Shown: piece by piece, positions 26,711-39,920 of the stretch
Position numbering within the stretch: the first letter of the stretch is position 1
How the letters are laid out: the number at the start of each line of letters is the position of its first letter
Assembly: GCA_950097015.1 (NCBI GenBank)
Contig: CATNEN010000007.1
Coordinates: forward strand, 10,602,001-10,666,000
Reading direction: 5' to 3'
Length of the DNA: 64,000 bases
Source: Macrostomum hystrix
Taxonomy: Eukaryota > Animalia > Platyhelminthes
Translations under genes and position numbers: made by a program
The notes under the pieces: model-generated
What the model saw: only the letters and a program-made list of their open reading frames with translations
Told to the model about the DNA's origin: nothing
Database searches by the model: none

Positions 26711-29700
26711 TGAAGTTCAAGACCTGGAACGGTTGTGGCAGAATTTGGCCTGGGTGTCTACTGGGTGGTGGAAGGTTGTCACATAATAAAATAGCAAGCT
26801 TGTGTTGATTCACCCAACTGTTGTTATTAGTAACCAGCAACTGCAAACATGTAGCCAATCCAACTGGATTGTACTTTTAAAGTTGATACATAAATTTTAA
26901 TTTGCTTAATGTACTAGTATGAAACTTCCATTTCTAAGTTATGATGATTTGAAATTAACTTAAGTTATTGAAATCTAAATTGCTCACTGGTAATTTCGAA
27001 ATTAAACTCGAAATTTGAACTTTCTTTTCCCCAAAAGCCACAAGAACAACACAAATTATGCTAATTTTAGCCTAAAGAACAAGTGACAAATTTATATACA
27101 AATTCATTTACAATCACAAAAAACCATGGAATATTGGTTTTAGTGTTCCATTACTGTGTTTGTCTCTGTTCAAGTACTTACTGTCTAGCTAAGGTTGGGT
27201 TCCAATTGCATGGCATTGTTTGATGATTTCATGTGGTTGCTGAGCTAGGAATTAGCAAATAGAGGAGTCCTGCACCAAAATTGCCACCACCAAATGGAAC
27301 AAAAGAAATGACAAATCTAAACATTTTCAGATCTTTACTTTTTGTTCAGTTGTTCCACGTATTCCACTTACTTGTTCCACTTAAGTAATGAAATAATAAT
27401 AATTCTTAACAAAAACTCAAATTAAAACATACTTTTGCATCAGCATTTCTAAGACAAAACAAAATACTTCAGGTTAGCTATACTCAAGAAGTTTCTGTTT
27501 ATTTTTTTGTGTTTCTGAGCAGACAAATTCTGGGAAAAGAAAGTGGATCACTTTGTGACAAAATCTGTTTTCATCTAGAGTCTTTCCAATTTGAGTTTGG
27601 TTTTCAACTACTTTTGAGAAGCAATTGTAACAAAATTTTTAGGGAAACCAGACTAAAGTTAAAAGAAAACTTGTCTCTTTGTCTAGTTTTGGTCTTGAGA
27701 ATAGCCAATCTTTTTGTCAAAAATGTAAAACTGGGCAAAAACATTAATATACAAACAAAACTTGCCTTAATATAGTATCAGAAAATGGACTATAATCCTA
27801 TTGGGATTTTTGCATGAAGTTCATAAACATGTGCCAGGCCATACTCAGGAAGGCATCAATATGTGGGTATATTCTCACATACAATTTGCCCTTGAAATAA
27901 GTTTTGGTGTACAAATCTTCTTAAAAGGCATAAATACATCCATGTACAAGGCAAAAAACTTGGTGTACACAAATTAAAAAAACTACCTGTACAAATTTGT
28001 AATAGCTACTGACAACCATAGGTGTTAGCCTAGGCATAACTGTGTAATAATAATTAAATTTAGCTTTATTCTTAATATACAAATTTTCAGATAGTGCTAA
28101 TTGTTTCAGAAAGTTTAGGAAACAGCTAGTAAATAATATTAGCATTTTGCATTTTTTGAACAACAAATATGTTTCAATTGGTTAGGCTAACATTTTGCAA
28201 ACTGACATTAATTTAAATTGCTGTCTGCAACACATTTTCCATTCATCTTTGACTTTTAATGGAGCAAATTGGTTGAATGGTTCTGTCTTTTTCATTATGT
28301 TCCCAAAGAAACTTGTTAAGATTGTTTGATGTGGTAAATGTGGAAGTATATGTGGTATTGTTTGTATTTAGTATATGTGGATATAGCAAATATATGTATT
28401 TTGAATGAGAAAAATGATGTGGAAATGACTTCAGTGTATGGTGTAACATTCAAAGTGGGGTGTTGAAATCACCCCATGTTGCCTCCATTTGGCACATAGG
28501 CTTGATTTGACCCAGAATTAGTTCCCATGTACTGTACATTGGATACTTTAGTGACTATGTGCACCAAGAACTATACAATTATGGCTCAGAAGAATACTGT
28601 GCCAAGCTAATAGCTTTGGCCTGTGCATCCCAATAGGAAAAATGATATTAGGTGCTACACTGGACTGCTATGCTGCCCAATCTTGCACAGTGCTGCCTAA
28701 TTGTACACTGCACCAACCAGAATTTTCAAAAACATGTTTGACATCTGTCCTATAGGGACTACATACAGCAGACCATTCTAGACCAAAAACTGATAAGCTA
28801 ATTAACATAAACAATAAATAACAAGTAATGTTTAAATAGGCCTAAATCATTTTTCAACTAGCAAGCATTTAATCTTAATTACAGTTTTGTGATCCAAAAA
28901 AGTAACAATACAACTATCATTGCTACCTGTACAATCCACTGTACCTGGTACCTATCTGCTGTTAATCTTGTAAAAAATAGAAAAATATAGAGAGTTAAAG
29001 GGTAAATGAACCAGGCACGCAAGTGGTGTGCAATGACAATGAGTTGCATACGCTATATACGCTCGAATATGTGGTTCAAAGTGAAAAGATTTTTAATTTG
29101 CGCGATATTTGGTCGTTTGATTGATTGTTTTACTGATTTCGGTTGTTCTAAGAATCTAAGTCTCGTTAAACTTGAGTTTCCAGCAGACGAAAAGTTTAAC
29201 GCAAAATAGTTTATTCGTCTGCCCAGCAGACGAACTGGCGGCAGACGAAAAGAGTGGCACCCACAACGAGGCCTGTAGATAGACAATAAACAAAGTATTC
29301 ACACATTCTTTATAGGCACTAATATTTCAAGGCCTAGCCTACAAGTCATGTGCAAGATGCCAGAGAATTTCTAGCTAAATAAATGACAGCTTAAACGATT
29401 TGTTAGGATTTGCCCATAAGGGAAATCATGGGCATAGGAGTTACTAACAGTCTACCCCAGGGCTTGCCTCCTGACTGTTACTGATTGCAGAATAGGCCTA
29501 AACGAATAAAAATCTCATTAAAAATACAAATCTGGAAATAAAATATTTGAGCTTGAAAAAATATAGGCCTATGATCGATATAACATATAACATTATAAAA
29601 GTTAATAAAATACAGAATACAGCAACTAACTAGCGATAGCCTTGTAACTTGGCTACTTTTGCAGCCTGATAGTGATGCTCACTAGCCAGATGGTCGACTG

Positions 29701-30532
29701 TTCAATTTGAAGGAATAATTTGTAGATCGATTTTTTAGAATCTTTAGCGACTCATATTCTATGGAAAAATATTTCCGGGTTATGCACATTAGATTCCACA
29801 GAGAAATATTTTATCGGCAAATCGCCAAACCATCCTTGCAGGGGCCCTGGGGTGTCCCCGTGTGGATGAGAGAGGGCAAAGCCCCCACTTAGGAAGAGTA
29901 CCCGAAAAGAGAAATCAACGAATTCAGTTAGTTCCACTGAAATTCAGCAATTGCTATCCGTGACTATCAGCTACCTGTCAATTTATCCCAAAAGTGCAGT
30001 CGGCCTCCACGACTGGAGGATATGGTTGTGTCAGTCACGTCCGAATCCAACATCTAATTATGCAGCAACAGAGGTGTATCTCCATTGTTAAACAGAGAAA
30101 CAGAGGAAGGAAAGAAAAACTTATAGGAGAAACTTGAAATGTAATTTGATTTACGAGGCAAATTGATAAATCATTTTACAATCTTATGCTACTGGAAGGT
30201 CAATTCAGACTTGTTCCATTGTGTACATACATGTAAATAATGTTGCGTTGCTTCTGTTTTTTATTTTCTCAAGCATTCTGATAGCTGAAATTGCTCTCGA
30301 GCCCTCCAATCTTAACCCGCTCGACTATTCACAATATCGTGCTGGAAACAAATTTAGGCGCGACAAAAGCAGAAAGTCTTAAATCAGCTTCTCATTTGTC
30401 ATTTCACAAATCCAGTACTCGCAGATACTCGCAGCTACAGCACATTAGACTGTTTGCTGCTTGCAAGTCCCAGATACGATCTAGTATACGTGATGAAGTG
30501 ACAGATCTGTATGCACAGCATATTTAAATAAT

Positions 30533-31162
30533 TTATGAACTTATGTCCAGCTGCACGCTGCTAGCCCTTCCTAGCTTGTCCGCTACGGAGTCAATCTCAG
30601 CTGGCCGGAGCTCCCCATGGCTGGCCAGCCAGCAGCAGGTGCAGCCGACGACAACAAAATGGAGGCTGAGAACAGCCAGTCGGATCGGCGCAGAGGCTGT
30701 GGCGAAATGGAGCAGCAGCAGCTGACTGCAGGCCGCTGACGAGTTGCTGGCAACTGAGGGATTCCAATCTGGACGCGAAAGGCCCGGACTGAAAATCCAG
30801 ACTGAGCCGCAGATTAGCCAGGCCAGCGAGACCATCGGCAGCAGGCAGAGAAGCCACCAGCTGCGACTCCGGTCCTTTCGCCGGGACCAAAGCCAGAGGC
30901 TCCAGGCTAGGTTGTCGTTGTACACAAGGCATATGCCAATTAAGCCAGCAAGGACCAGGTACACAGTGACATTGTGCCACGCGGAACAGTCTCCCGGGTG
31001 CAGCAGACCCACTGTGATGTCGGCCACGCTCAGTATCAGATCCGCCAAGGAGGCCACGTTCGTGACTATTGCCATCGTAGCAGCGCCGCGTTTAACAGGC
31101 CGACCAGGTGCCTCAGTTTCCGCGTCGCGCGTCATTCCCCATGGCGAAGACCCAGATGGCAT
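30533..31162 (-). CDS. TMEM272-like four-pass membrane protein, single coding exon
   Basis: G....DC....V.VYL.L.G, W.I.GSVWIFS and C...L..FA motifs; four hydrophobic segments; AG acceptor 15 nt before the ATG at 31162. Confidence 0.7.
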   Translation of the reverse strand: MPSGSSPWGMTRDAETEAPGRPVKRGAATMAIVTNVASLADLILSVADITVGLLHPGDCSAWHNVTVYLVLAGLIGICLVYNDNLAWSLWLWSRRKDRSRSWWLLCLLPMVSLAWLICGSVWIFSPGLSRPDWNPSVASNSSAACSQLLLLHFATASAPIRLAVLSLHFVVVGCTCCWLASHGELRPAEIDSVADKLGRASSVQLDISS

Positions 31163-31902
31163 CGGCGAATGATCAACCTGAATCCTTAATCCTGAATGCA
31201 GAATCGTTTGGTTCTGTGCCAGCCGCAGTGAAAACACGCTGCGTCAGATGACGGATTTCAAGCGCTTATAGCTGTCCACAGCTGTTTGTTTGCTAGATCA
31301 TCTTTGCTGGGGAGGGCAACCAAATACTAGAAGATAAACCTCAGCACAGAGACACTCGAGTTTCCAGTCTGATTTAATCTGCCAAGTTTTAAACAAGCTT
31401 TTCTTCGACTGTGATGCCCATTGTATCAGGTTGAGAGGTTACCCTGCAGATTATGACTCGGTGGATATTGTTAACAGAAGATCAAGCGTAGGGGACATTA
31501 TTCAGATTGTAAAACATTCTGAAGGAGATTAATTAATAATTAACAAAAAAGAGATACAAAGTGGAAAAATAAATTTAAAGGCAGACAAGAACTACGAAGC
31601 TGAGATTAAAGACATATTTGACGCTGAGATTACTCAATCTATTTCGGAGAAAATTCATAGAAGCATTTTCAGTTCTCACAAGCGCTCACGCTGCCACCTT
31701 GCCGACCCACCTTCACATCGTTCTCCAGTCCGAAGAGCTGCCCAGCCGCCAGAGGCAGAGGTGGAGACCGTCCTAGACCCAGCCAGTCAGATCAGATCAG
31801 ACTCTTAATAAAGGTAGAGCTAGATTTTTTTCTTAAAAAATCCCCCTGCATCTCAGCGAGTGCCCATCGTCTCGCCCCAGGGAGATAGTTTCACCTGTCG
31901 AG

Positions 31903-32193
31903 ATGCCTCATCTGCAAATGAAAAACGATTCAAAACACTGGCTTCTTCCACCGCCGCCGACGCTGCAGCCCAGGCCGCCGTCTTCGTCATCAACAGCCGC
32001 CACCCTGCTGCCGCTGCTGGCCTGCAGCCTGGCCGTCGCCTGCCTGCTGGCACTGGTCTTCCTGGCCTGCGGGCTGCTGTTCAAGGCGGAGGCCATCCGG
32101 CACGGAGGCGACGTCGAGGACGAAGACGAGGAACTGGCTGGCGCCGCGGCCGCCATGCAGTTCGCCATGTTTGGCACCCACTTCAGCGACTGA
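31903..32193 (+). CDS. Small single-pass membrane protein (about 91-96 aa), unknown family
   Basis: GC-rich codon usage like the real exons; Pro/Ser linker, one long hydrophobic helix, acidic tail DVEDEDEE. Acceptor at about 31856 and candidate upstream donor at about 31813. Confidence 0.5.
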   Translation: MPHLQMKNDSKHWLLPPPPTLQPRPPSSSSTAATLLPLLACSLAVACLLALVFLACGLLFKAEAIRHGGDVEDEDEELAGAAAAMQFAMFGTHFSD

Positions 32194-32235
32194 GGGAAGT
32201 GGACTTCTAGAGGGCCGAAGACTTGGAAACACCTG

Positions 32236-32375
32236 GGAACTGAAGGTTCTGTAGAGGGAACTGAAGGTTCTGTAGAGGGAACTGAAGGTTCTGTAGTGGG
32301 AACTGAAGGTTCTGAAGATGGAACTGAAGGTTCTGAAGATGGAACTGAAGGTTCTGAAGATGGAACTGAAGGTTC
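32236..32375. repeat. 21-bp minisatellite
   Basis: (ggaactgaaggttctgtagag / ...ctgaagat)n, about 6.5 copies. Confidence 0.92.
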
Positions 32376-32891
32376 CGATAGAGTGGGCCTGAAGCTTTAT
32401 GGTTCCAACTGAAGTAGAGTCAGGCTGCTTGAGCATAGTTCAGTCGCTGATTCCAATTTGTACATTATTAAATGAACTAATGTAATCTATACTGCAAAAG
32501 GAAATAACAGGCCGAACTAATCCCTGCTACCAGAGATGTGGAATTAATTTGCGCTCTCTACCGCGCATCAATTGTAATAAAAAAACTGGCTTGGATTTTT
32601 ATGCTATAACAGAGCTGACTTTCAGGTTCCGAGAAACTGACAAACTCATCAGAGCAGCACAGTTACAAGTTGAAGCAGGTCATGCGGAGGTCGCAGAAGA
32701 ACTAGTGACACAAATACCCGAATGTGGAAGCAAATGGAAAGAGGAGACACGACAGCGAAGATTAGAGAAAACAGGGAGGACAAAATATGCAAAGTCATTT
32801 GAGAGATTAGGAGACAGGTTTGAGAAAGAAGAGAGATAAGGCATGGAAGAAATAAAGCCGGGAGAGATGGGACGTAAGAGAAGATGTAGGA

Positions 32892-34090
32892 AGGTGAGAC
32901 AGTAGTGGAGAGACAGTAGTGGAGAGACAGGAGGTTGAGACAGTAGTGGAGAGACAGGAGTGGAGAGACAGGAGGGTGAGACAGGAGGGTGAGACAGTAG
33001 TGGAGAGACAGTAGTGGTGAGACAGTAGTGGAGGGACAGGGGGGTGAGACAGTAGTGGAGAAACAGGAGGGTGAGACAGTAGTGGAGGGACAGGGGGGTG
33101 AGACAGTAGTGGAGAAACAGGAGGGTGAGACAGTAGTGGAGGGACAGGAGGGTGAGACAGGAGGGTGAGACAGCAAGGGTGAGACAGGAGTGGAGAGACA
33201 GGAGTGGAGAGACAGGAGGGTGAGACAGTAGTGGAGAGACAGTAGTGGTGAGACAGTAGTGGAGAGACAGGAGGGTGAGACAGTAGTGGAGAGACAGTAG
33301 TGGAGAGACAGGAGGTTGAGACAGTAGTGGAGAGACAGGAGTGGAGAGACAGGAGGGTGAGACAGGAGGGTGAGACAGTAGTGGAGAGACAGTAGTGGTG
33401 AGACAGTAGTGGAGGGACAGGGGGGTGAGACAGTAGTGGAGAAACAGGAGGGTGAGACAGTAGTGGAGGGACAGGGGGGTGAGACAGTAGTGGAGAAACA
33501 GTAGTGGAGAGACAGGAGGTTGAGACAGTAGTGGAGAGACAGGAGTGGAGAGACAGGAGGGTGAGACAGGAGGGTGAGACAGTAGTGGAGAGACAGTAGT
33601 GGTGAGACAGTAGTGGAGGGACAGGGTGGTGAGACAGTAGTGGAGAAACAGGAGGGTGAGACAGTAGTGGAGGGACAGGGGGGTGAGACAGTAGTGGAGA
33701 AACAGGAGGGTGAGACAGTAGTGGAGGGACAGGAGGGTGAGACAGGAGGGTGAGACAGCAAGGGTGAGACAGGAGTGGAGAGACAGGAGTGGAGAGACAG
33801 GAGGGTGAGACAGTAGTGGAGAGACAGTAGTGGTGAGACAGTAGTGGAGAGACAGGAGGGTGAGACAGTAGTGGAGAGATAGTAGTGGAGAGACAGGAGG
33901 GTGAGACAGTAGTGGAGAGACAGAAGGGTGAGACAGTAGTGGTGAGACTAGTGGAGAGACAGTAGTGGAGAGACAGTAGTGGAGAGACAGTAGTGGAGAG
34001 ACAGGAGGTTGAGACAGTAGTGGAGAGACAACAAGGTGGGACAGGAGTCGAGAGACAGTAGTTAAGAGACAGGAGGCTGAGACAGAAGGG
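32892..34090. repeat. Complex GAGACAG-core repeat with longer duplicated blocks
   Basis: Interspersed gagacagtagtg and gagacaggagggt subunits; blocks of a few hundred bp recur. Confidence 0.95.
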
Positions 34091-34435
34091 AGAGATGGGC
34101 TTGCCTTTAGCCTGAAGCAAAAGTGAATCGTTTCAAGACACCGGCTGCAGAAGTACTTTTGCAGTGGAATCTGTCGGCTGGCAAAACTTCTTCCGCTCAC
34201 ACCGAGGTCGACACGCAGGGAGATTTGCCGCCCAGCCCAGGCGAGATAAGCAAGCAAGAGTGCCGAGCAGGCCCAGGCCTAGCTTTCCAGCCCGCGCAAC
34301 CAACTCTAGGCTCAAGACTCAAACTGCAACGCAGGTCTGCAACGCAACGGCGGAAACTGCTGGGCAAACTTTGAGATCGTGGAACATTGGGTTGGGATTA
34401 GGATCGGATACAAGCTAGATGTGCGTACAAAACTA

Positions 34436-34610
34436 CGGCCGGTCATGTTGTTAAGCGAATCCTTGGAGGTTTTAGCTCGTAGTATCTAGGAGAGTGACAA
34501 AAATTGTCTCCTTGAGCAAGACACTTGATTCCCAAGTACTTCAGCTCTTGTGTAGAAATCTAAGTCCATGCAGCGGCCCTCAGTCCACAGACTGAACAGC
34601 TGTACACAGT
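34436..34610 (+). mobile_element. Degenerate SINE family B copy
   Basis: tgtctccttgagcaagacactt core, and a tail agaaatctaagtc...tccacagactgaacagctg similar to 8741-8790. Confidence 0.5.
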
Positions 34611-35227
34611 CTTTAGAAGCACTGCCACTGGCTGCACACCTGGCTTAGGTGTAATGCATTGCAATGATTAAAGATATTGAAAGTGCAAATATTCACATTA
34701 AAGTATAAGACTTAAGTATAAGACTTGTCAATTATCCCACCTACCGAGTAGGTACTAGCAGTGGTTACTTCAAGCATGTTTAATTACAAGAAATTTACCT
34801 AATAAGCAAAGCATTTGAAAGCTTGACTGAAGCGCAACTTCAAAGCTGCCTTAATTTGAACTTATTTTTGAAGCACGGAATGAGGGACCTCTAGAAATAG
34901 AACTTTAGACTGGAAGAGTGCTACAACCTGTTCAATTGTTTACAATGTGCAGAGAATTCATAAGAACAGGAAACTCTGTAGTTTAAGCAACCAGCCAGGT
35001 AGATCTAGAGGTCCCTGATAGCAGGAATGGGGATTTAGTATAAGACGAAAAAGAAGGGAGAGCAAACAAAACAGAGGAAAAGCGTACATTGCCACACGAT
35101 TTCCGATCGAAAATTTAAATCTTTCAAGCGTTGGGATTGCATAGAATCATAAACAGGCTTCAAAATGGCTTCAAATGCTCAACAATACTCAACAGTGTCA
35201 AGTGCTCTTGAACAGAAAGACTGTTGC

Positions 35228-37070
35228 TCAAATTGCCGACTGGCTTAGCGGCGACTCGGCAGCCAAGAGCTGCCGGTGCCTGACTACTGACGGCTGCTCG
35301 CTGGGCGCACTATCAACAGCTGGCGCCGCGGCGACCTTGTCAGCGTCGTCCTGATCCTGGAGGAAGATGCACGGGCTGAGCCAGCGCTCCAGCGCCGGCA
35401 GCCGCATGAGGAGGCCGCAGACGACGCTGCCGGGCAGGCGCTGACGCGAGTCGATGAGGCGGCGCATTCGCTCCCGAGTCCGCCTGGCCAGGTCCGCTGG
35501 CGCCTCCTCCGGCCTGGGCAGCAGCGGCCGATCGATAAAGGTGCGCAGCTTCACTGGGAAGTAGCCCAGGGTGATGACAAGCGGCAGGCGGGTCCGCTCG
35601 TACAGGCGGCGCAGCAGGCCCAGGCCGGGCCGGAAGCAGAAGATGCCCTCGCGGATGTTGGTGGTGAACACCGGGTAGATGGGCTGCAATTATATTCGGT
35701 GTGAGCCATGTTTGTTTATTTCACTCTTTTTAGCTACATGAAGTAGATTGTGTGAAAAAGCATCGAAAATGGTAACTAATTTGAGGCTTTAATTTAAGCT
35801 AAATACTATGAGATTAGCAAAAAAATAACGAAAAGCTACTCGGACACAAACAACTTCAAATTGCGAAATAATAAATGACTTTTTAGCGTTAAATACAGAT
35901 AATTGTTTACTGAACGAAAAATTGTAATATTAACGAAAATGTAACGAATAGTTTCACGAAACAATAAACTTAGATTTTCTTCGGCGCGCTAGCAATTAAC
36001 GAGGGTAAGTAACGAATAATTTAAGAACTGGGCCTCACCGCGCCGGCAGCGATGGCCACCCTAGCGAAGCCAGTCCGCCGGGCCCACTCAATGCTGTAGA
36101 ATGGATCGGCGAATAGGGCCTCGCGCAGGCCGCCCGGCATGATGATGACCACGCGGCCCTGGCGCAGCGCCTCGGCGCAGGCCTCCACGGTGCCGGGCGT
36201 GACATTCATGACCCGCAACAGCAGGGCAAAGCCGGGCACCTTCCACAGGAAATTGTCGGCCACAATGAAGGGCTGCCGGTCCGTCTCAAGCACCAGGCGG
36301 GCTATTAGGAAGTACACGTCCAGTGGGAACACGCCATGGTAGACAATCAGCAGGGCTGGACCGTTGCTTGGCAACCGGTGCAGACCGGAGACCTAGGTTT
36401 TAGCGGATAGCCAGTGTACATTTAAGAAGGGGTAGGATTTGGCGGATAGCCAGTGTACATTTAAGGAAGGGTAGGGTTTAGCGGATAGCCAGTGTACATT
36501 TAAGGAGGGGTAGGATTTGGCGGATAGCCAGTGTACATTTAAGGAGGGGTAGGGTTTAGCGGATAGCCAGTGTACATTTAAGGAGGGGTAGGATTTGGCG
36601 GATAGCCAGTGTACATTTAAGGAGGGGTAGGATTTGGCGGATAGCCAGTGTACATTTCAGGAGGGGTAGGGTTTGGCGGATAGCCAGTGTACATTTAAGG
36701 AGGGGTAGGGTTTGGCGGATAGCTAGAGTAAATTTCGGATGGGTTGACAGACGGGGAGACATGTAAAGCTTAGATTTCTAACCTCATATCCATGCCAGAG
36801 GCGCCCGAAGGTGGCCCAGAAGCCAAGGGCGGTATGAATGGCGCCACGCCAGATGGAGTATTGGTAGGACTCGGCCAGGCGATGTCGCCACTTCCACAGC
36901 TGCAGCCAGAGCAGCGAAAAGTACAGGAAAAGCACGATGAGGTAGGGCAACAGCAGACAGGTGATGGCTGGCAGGTAGAGGTAGTACAGCCAGGACAGGT
37001 AGCTCAGCGTGCCAGGGTCTGGCAACAGCAGGTCGGCCAGAGCTGCGGCCAGACCGGCTGCCGGCAGCAT
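35228..37070 (-). CDS. TMEM68: TMEM68 (DIESL) acyltransferase; exons 37070-36783, 36392-36039, 35683-35228
   Basis: WHGYEVSGL, ALLIVYHGVFPLD (HxxxxD), VAD.FL.KVPGF, PGGLREALF, R.GFA.VA, PIYPVFTTNIREG, GYFPVKLRTFI. Phase-0 GT-AG introns. Confidence 0.95.
36395..36723. repeat. About 38-bp minisatellite filling most of TMEM68 intron 1
   Basis: (gcggatagccagtgtacatttaaggaggggtaggattt/g)n, about 8.5 copies. Confidence 0.95.
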
Positions 37071-37820
37071 CGCTGGGCCTGGTGTGTGAGAAGGCAGGAT
37101 GTATGGAGTAAGGTGAGTGAGTTATAAGTAAGCCTATGCATGCACCTGTTGCCTAATCGCAGGAGTTTTTTCAAAGAAAGATACAGGTCAGTTGATAGGG
37201 AGCCAGTGACTCACATCCAGTTACAACTGAGTCCTAATCGCGCACCCCAACTGCATGTCATAGAGACTTTCTCGCCTCTCCTAGCCTAGATCAGCCATGC
37301 ACAACTATCAAATAAGGAAGTTAATAAGGCCAACAGAGGCTTGGCGTGTCCACAGCATATACACCCCGCTCTCTCTCTAGACGAGGCAGGCCAGAATAGC
37401 ATAAGAGCGATCAGTGTTGTATTTAAAAGCGGTTCAACTGGCACAGCTGTGGTGTAGTGCTCACACCGCAGCACAGTCCCAGCAGAGAGGAGCGTCTCCC
37501 GAGCTTCAAGCGGCCCCACTTTCCAATCGCAAGCAATAGAAGAGTTTGATAGAAAATGATACCGAGAAAAATAAGCAGCCCGATCTACTTGCTAGGCATG
37601 TAAAACAAGAAAATTCGAGAAAAACACACATATTACTGCTAGCAAAAGTAGTATATATTTCAGCTATCTGTTACATGAAGCATTGGCATTGCAAAATAGA
37701 TAAGCATGTCCCGCGTGGGACATTAAAAACTGCTGCTTAATACTAAACTGCGTTTGATTTGCATAGGTAACATTTTGCATAGTGGGAACGCTTTTGATAA
37801 TGAGACTGATCATCCTGAAG

Positions 37821-38989
37821 TGTGACAGCAAGCACATCCTCTATGACACATTCCTGCTCATTGTGACAGCAAGCACATCCTCTATGACACATTCCTGCTC
37901 ATTGTGACAGCAAGCAGATCCTCTATGACACATTCCTGCTCATTGTGACAGCAAGCACATCCTCTATGACACATTCCTGCTCATTGTGACAGCAAGCAGA
38001 TCCTCTATGACACATTCCTGCTCATTGTGACAGCAAGCAGATCCTCTATGACACATTCCTGCTGATTGTAACAGCAAGCACATCCTCTATGACACATTCC
38101 TGCTGATTGTAACAGCAAGCCCATCCTCTATGACACATTCCTGCTCATTGTGACAGCAAGCACATCATCTATGACACATTCCTGCTCATTGTGACAGCAA
38201 GCAGATCCTCTATGACACATTCCTGCTGATTGTAACAGCAAGCACATCCTCTATGACACATTCCTGCTGATTGTAACAGCAAGCCCATCCTCTATGACAC
38301 ATTCCTGCTGATTGTAACAGCAAGCACATCCTCTATGACACATTCCTGCTGATTGTAACAGCAAGCACATCCTCTATGACACATTCCTGCTGATTGTAAC
38401 AGCAAGCCCATCCTCTATGACACATTCCTGCTGATTGTGACAGCAAGCACATCCTCTATGACACATTCCTGCTCATTGTGACAGCAAGCACATCCTCTAT
38501 GACACATTCCTGCTCATTGTGACAGCAAGCACATCCTCTATGACACATTCCTGCTGATTGTGACAGCAAGCACATCCTCTATGACACATTCCTGCTCATT
38601 GTGACAGCAAGCACATCCTCTATGACACATTCCTGCTCATTGTGACAGCAAGCACATCCTCTATGACACATTCCTGCTCATTGTGACAGCAAGCACATCC
38701 TCTATGACACATTCCTGCTCATTGTGACAGCAAGCACATCCTCTATGACACATTCCTGCTCATTGTGACAGCAAGCACATCCTCTATGACACATTCCTGC
38801 TCATTGTGACAGCAAGCACATCCTCTATGGCACATTCCTGCTCATTGTGACAGCAAGCACATCCTCTATGACACATTCCTGCTCACTGTGACAGCAAGCA
38901 CATCCTCTATGACACATTCCTGCTCATTGTGACAGCAAGCACATCCTCTATGACACATTCCTGCTCACTGTGACAGCAAGCACATCCTC
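37821..38989. repeat. 41-bp satellite, about 28 copies
   Basis: Unit gtgacagcaagcacatcctctatgacacattcctgctcatt. Confidence 0.97.
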
Positions 38990-39920
38990 AATGTCATTAG
39001 CGCATTCTACAAACTATAAAGTAATGCCAATTTTTATCTGGGACGCATCACAAACAAAGACCAAAAACTTAAGTTAATATGGGAGCCACAATAAAGAAAA
39101 GAATTAATTTTTCAAAAGTCACTAAATCGAACTTGGTTAAGAAAGAGGAATAACACAATCAAATAGCAAGGCTTCAACTATTGCTTGGGCAAGGTAAAAA
39201 AGAATTGAATAAAGAGGCAAAGTGCAACTGAGAGAAAATGAAGTGTAGCAAAAATATGAAGCGCTTGGATATAGGAGTCCGCAATTGCCGCAGCTCTGCA
39301 CAATGCCTTCTTGAGGATACCAATAAAGTTCACGTTGTCACAGACTACTTACTCAAGATGAATACTGAGTAGTGTGTTCAGGCATGTCGGGCAGACGGGA
39401 TGAAAAAATGAAATGAAATACAACAAGCGCAGCAGAGGAGTTGCCGATTAAAGTGATTCTAAACATACACATTTCAATCTTAGAGCAGAATGCAGCTCGT
39501 AACACAGGCCTCACACGTGCTACAAAAGCTAAATTGTGAACAAAATAAGTGAGGAAAATATAACTTCTGAAACAAAACAAGCAGCAGCAAGCTAATGTAG
39601 ATTCTGTGGATTATGTTTCCGGTGGAAAGCATTAACAATACGATAATAAGCTGGTCTAACAAGTTCATTAGCGACTTGCAGAGCCCAGACAAGCTAAATA
39701 AGGTCGAAGATCACAAAGGTACAAGAATTTTTCTTGAAAATGTGCATTTAATCAACCGAGTTACTAAACACGGCAAATTCTACGCATAATAAAATGCGCA
39801 ATACATACTACTGATCGCCGCAGTTTTAAGCTGAATTTACCGATGAGTCAGGCGAATGCACGGGTGGGACTGGGGGACACCGAGACTTGATTGAGTGCAT
39901 TCATATCTCATTTGTAAAGA

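Noticed and set aside
32649-34257. Three long minus-strand ORFs
   Set aside because: Low-complexity repeat lacking stops; no domain features.
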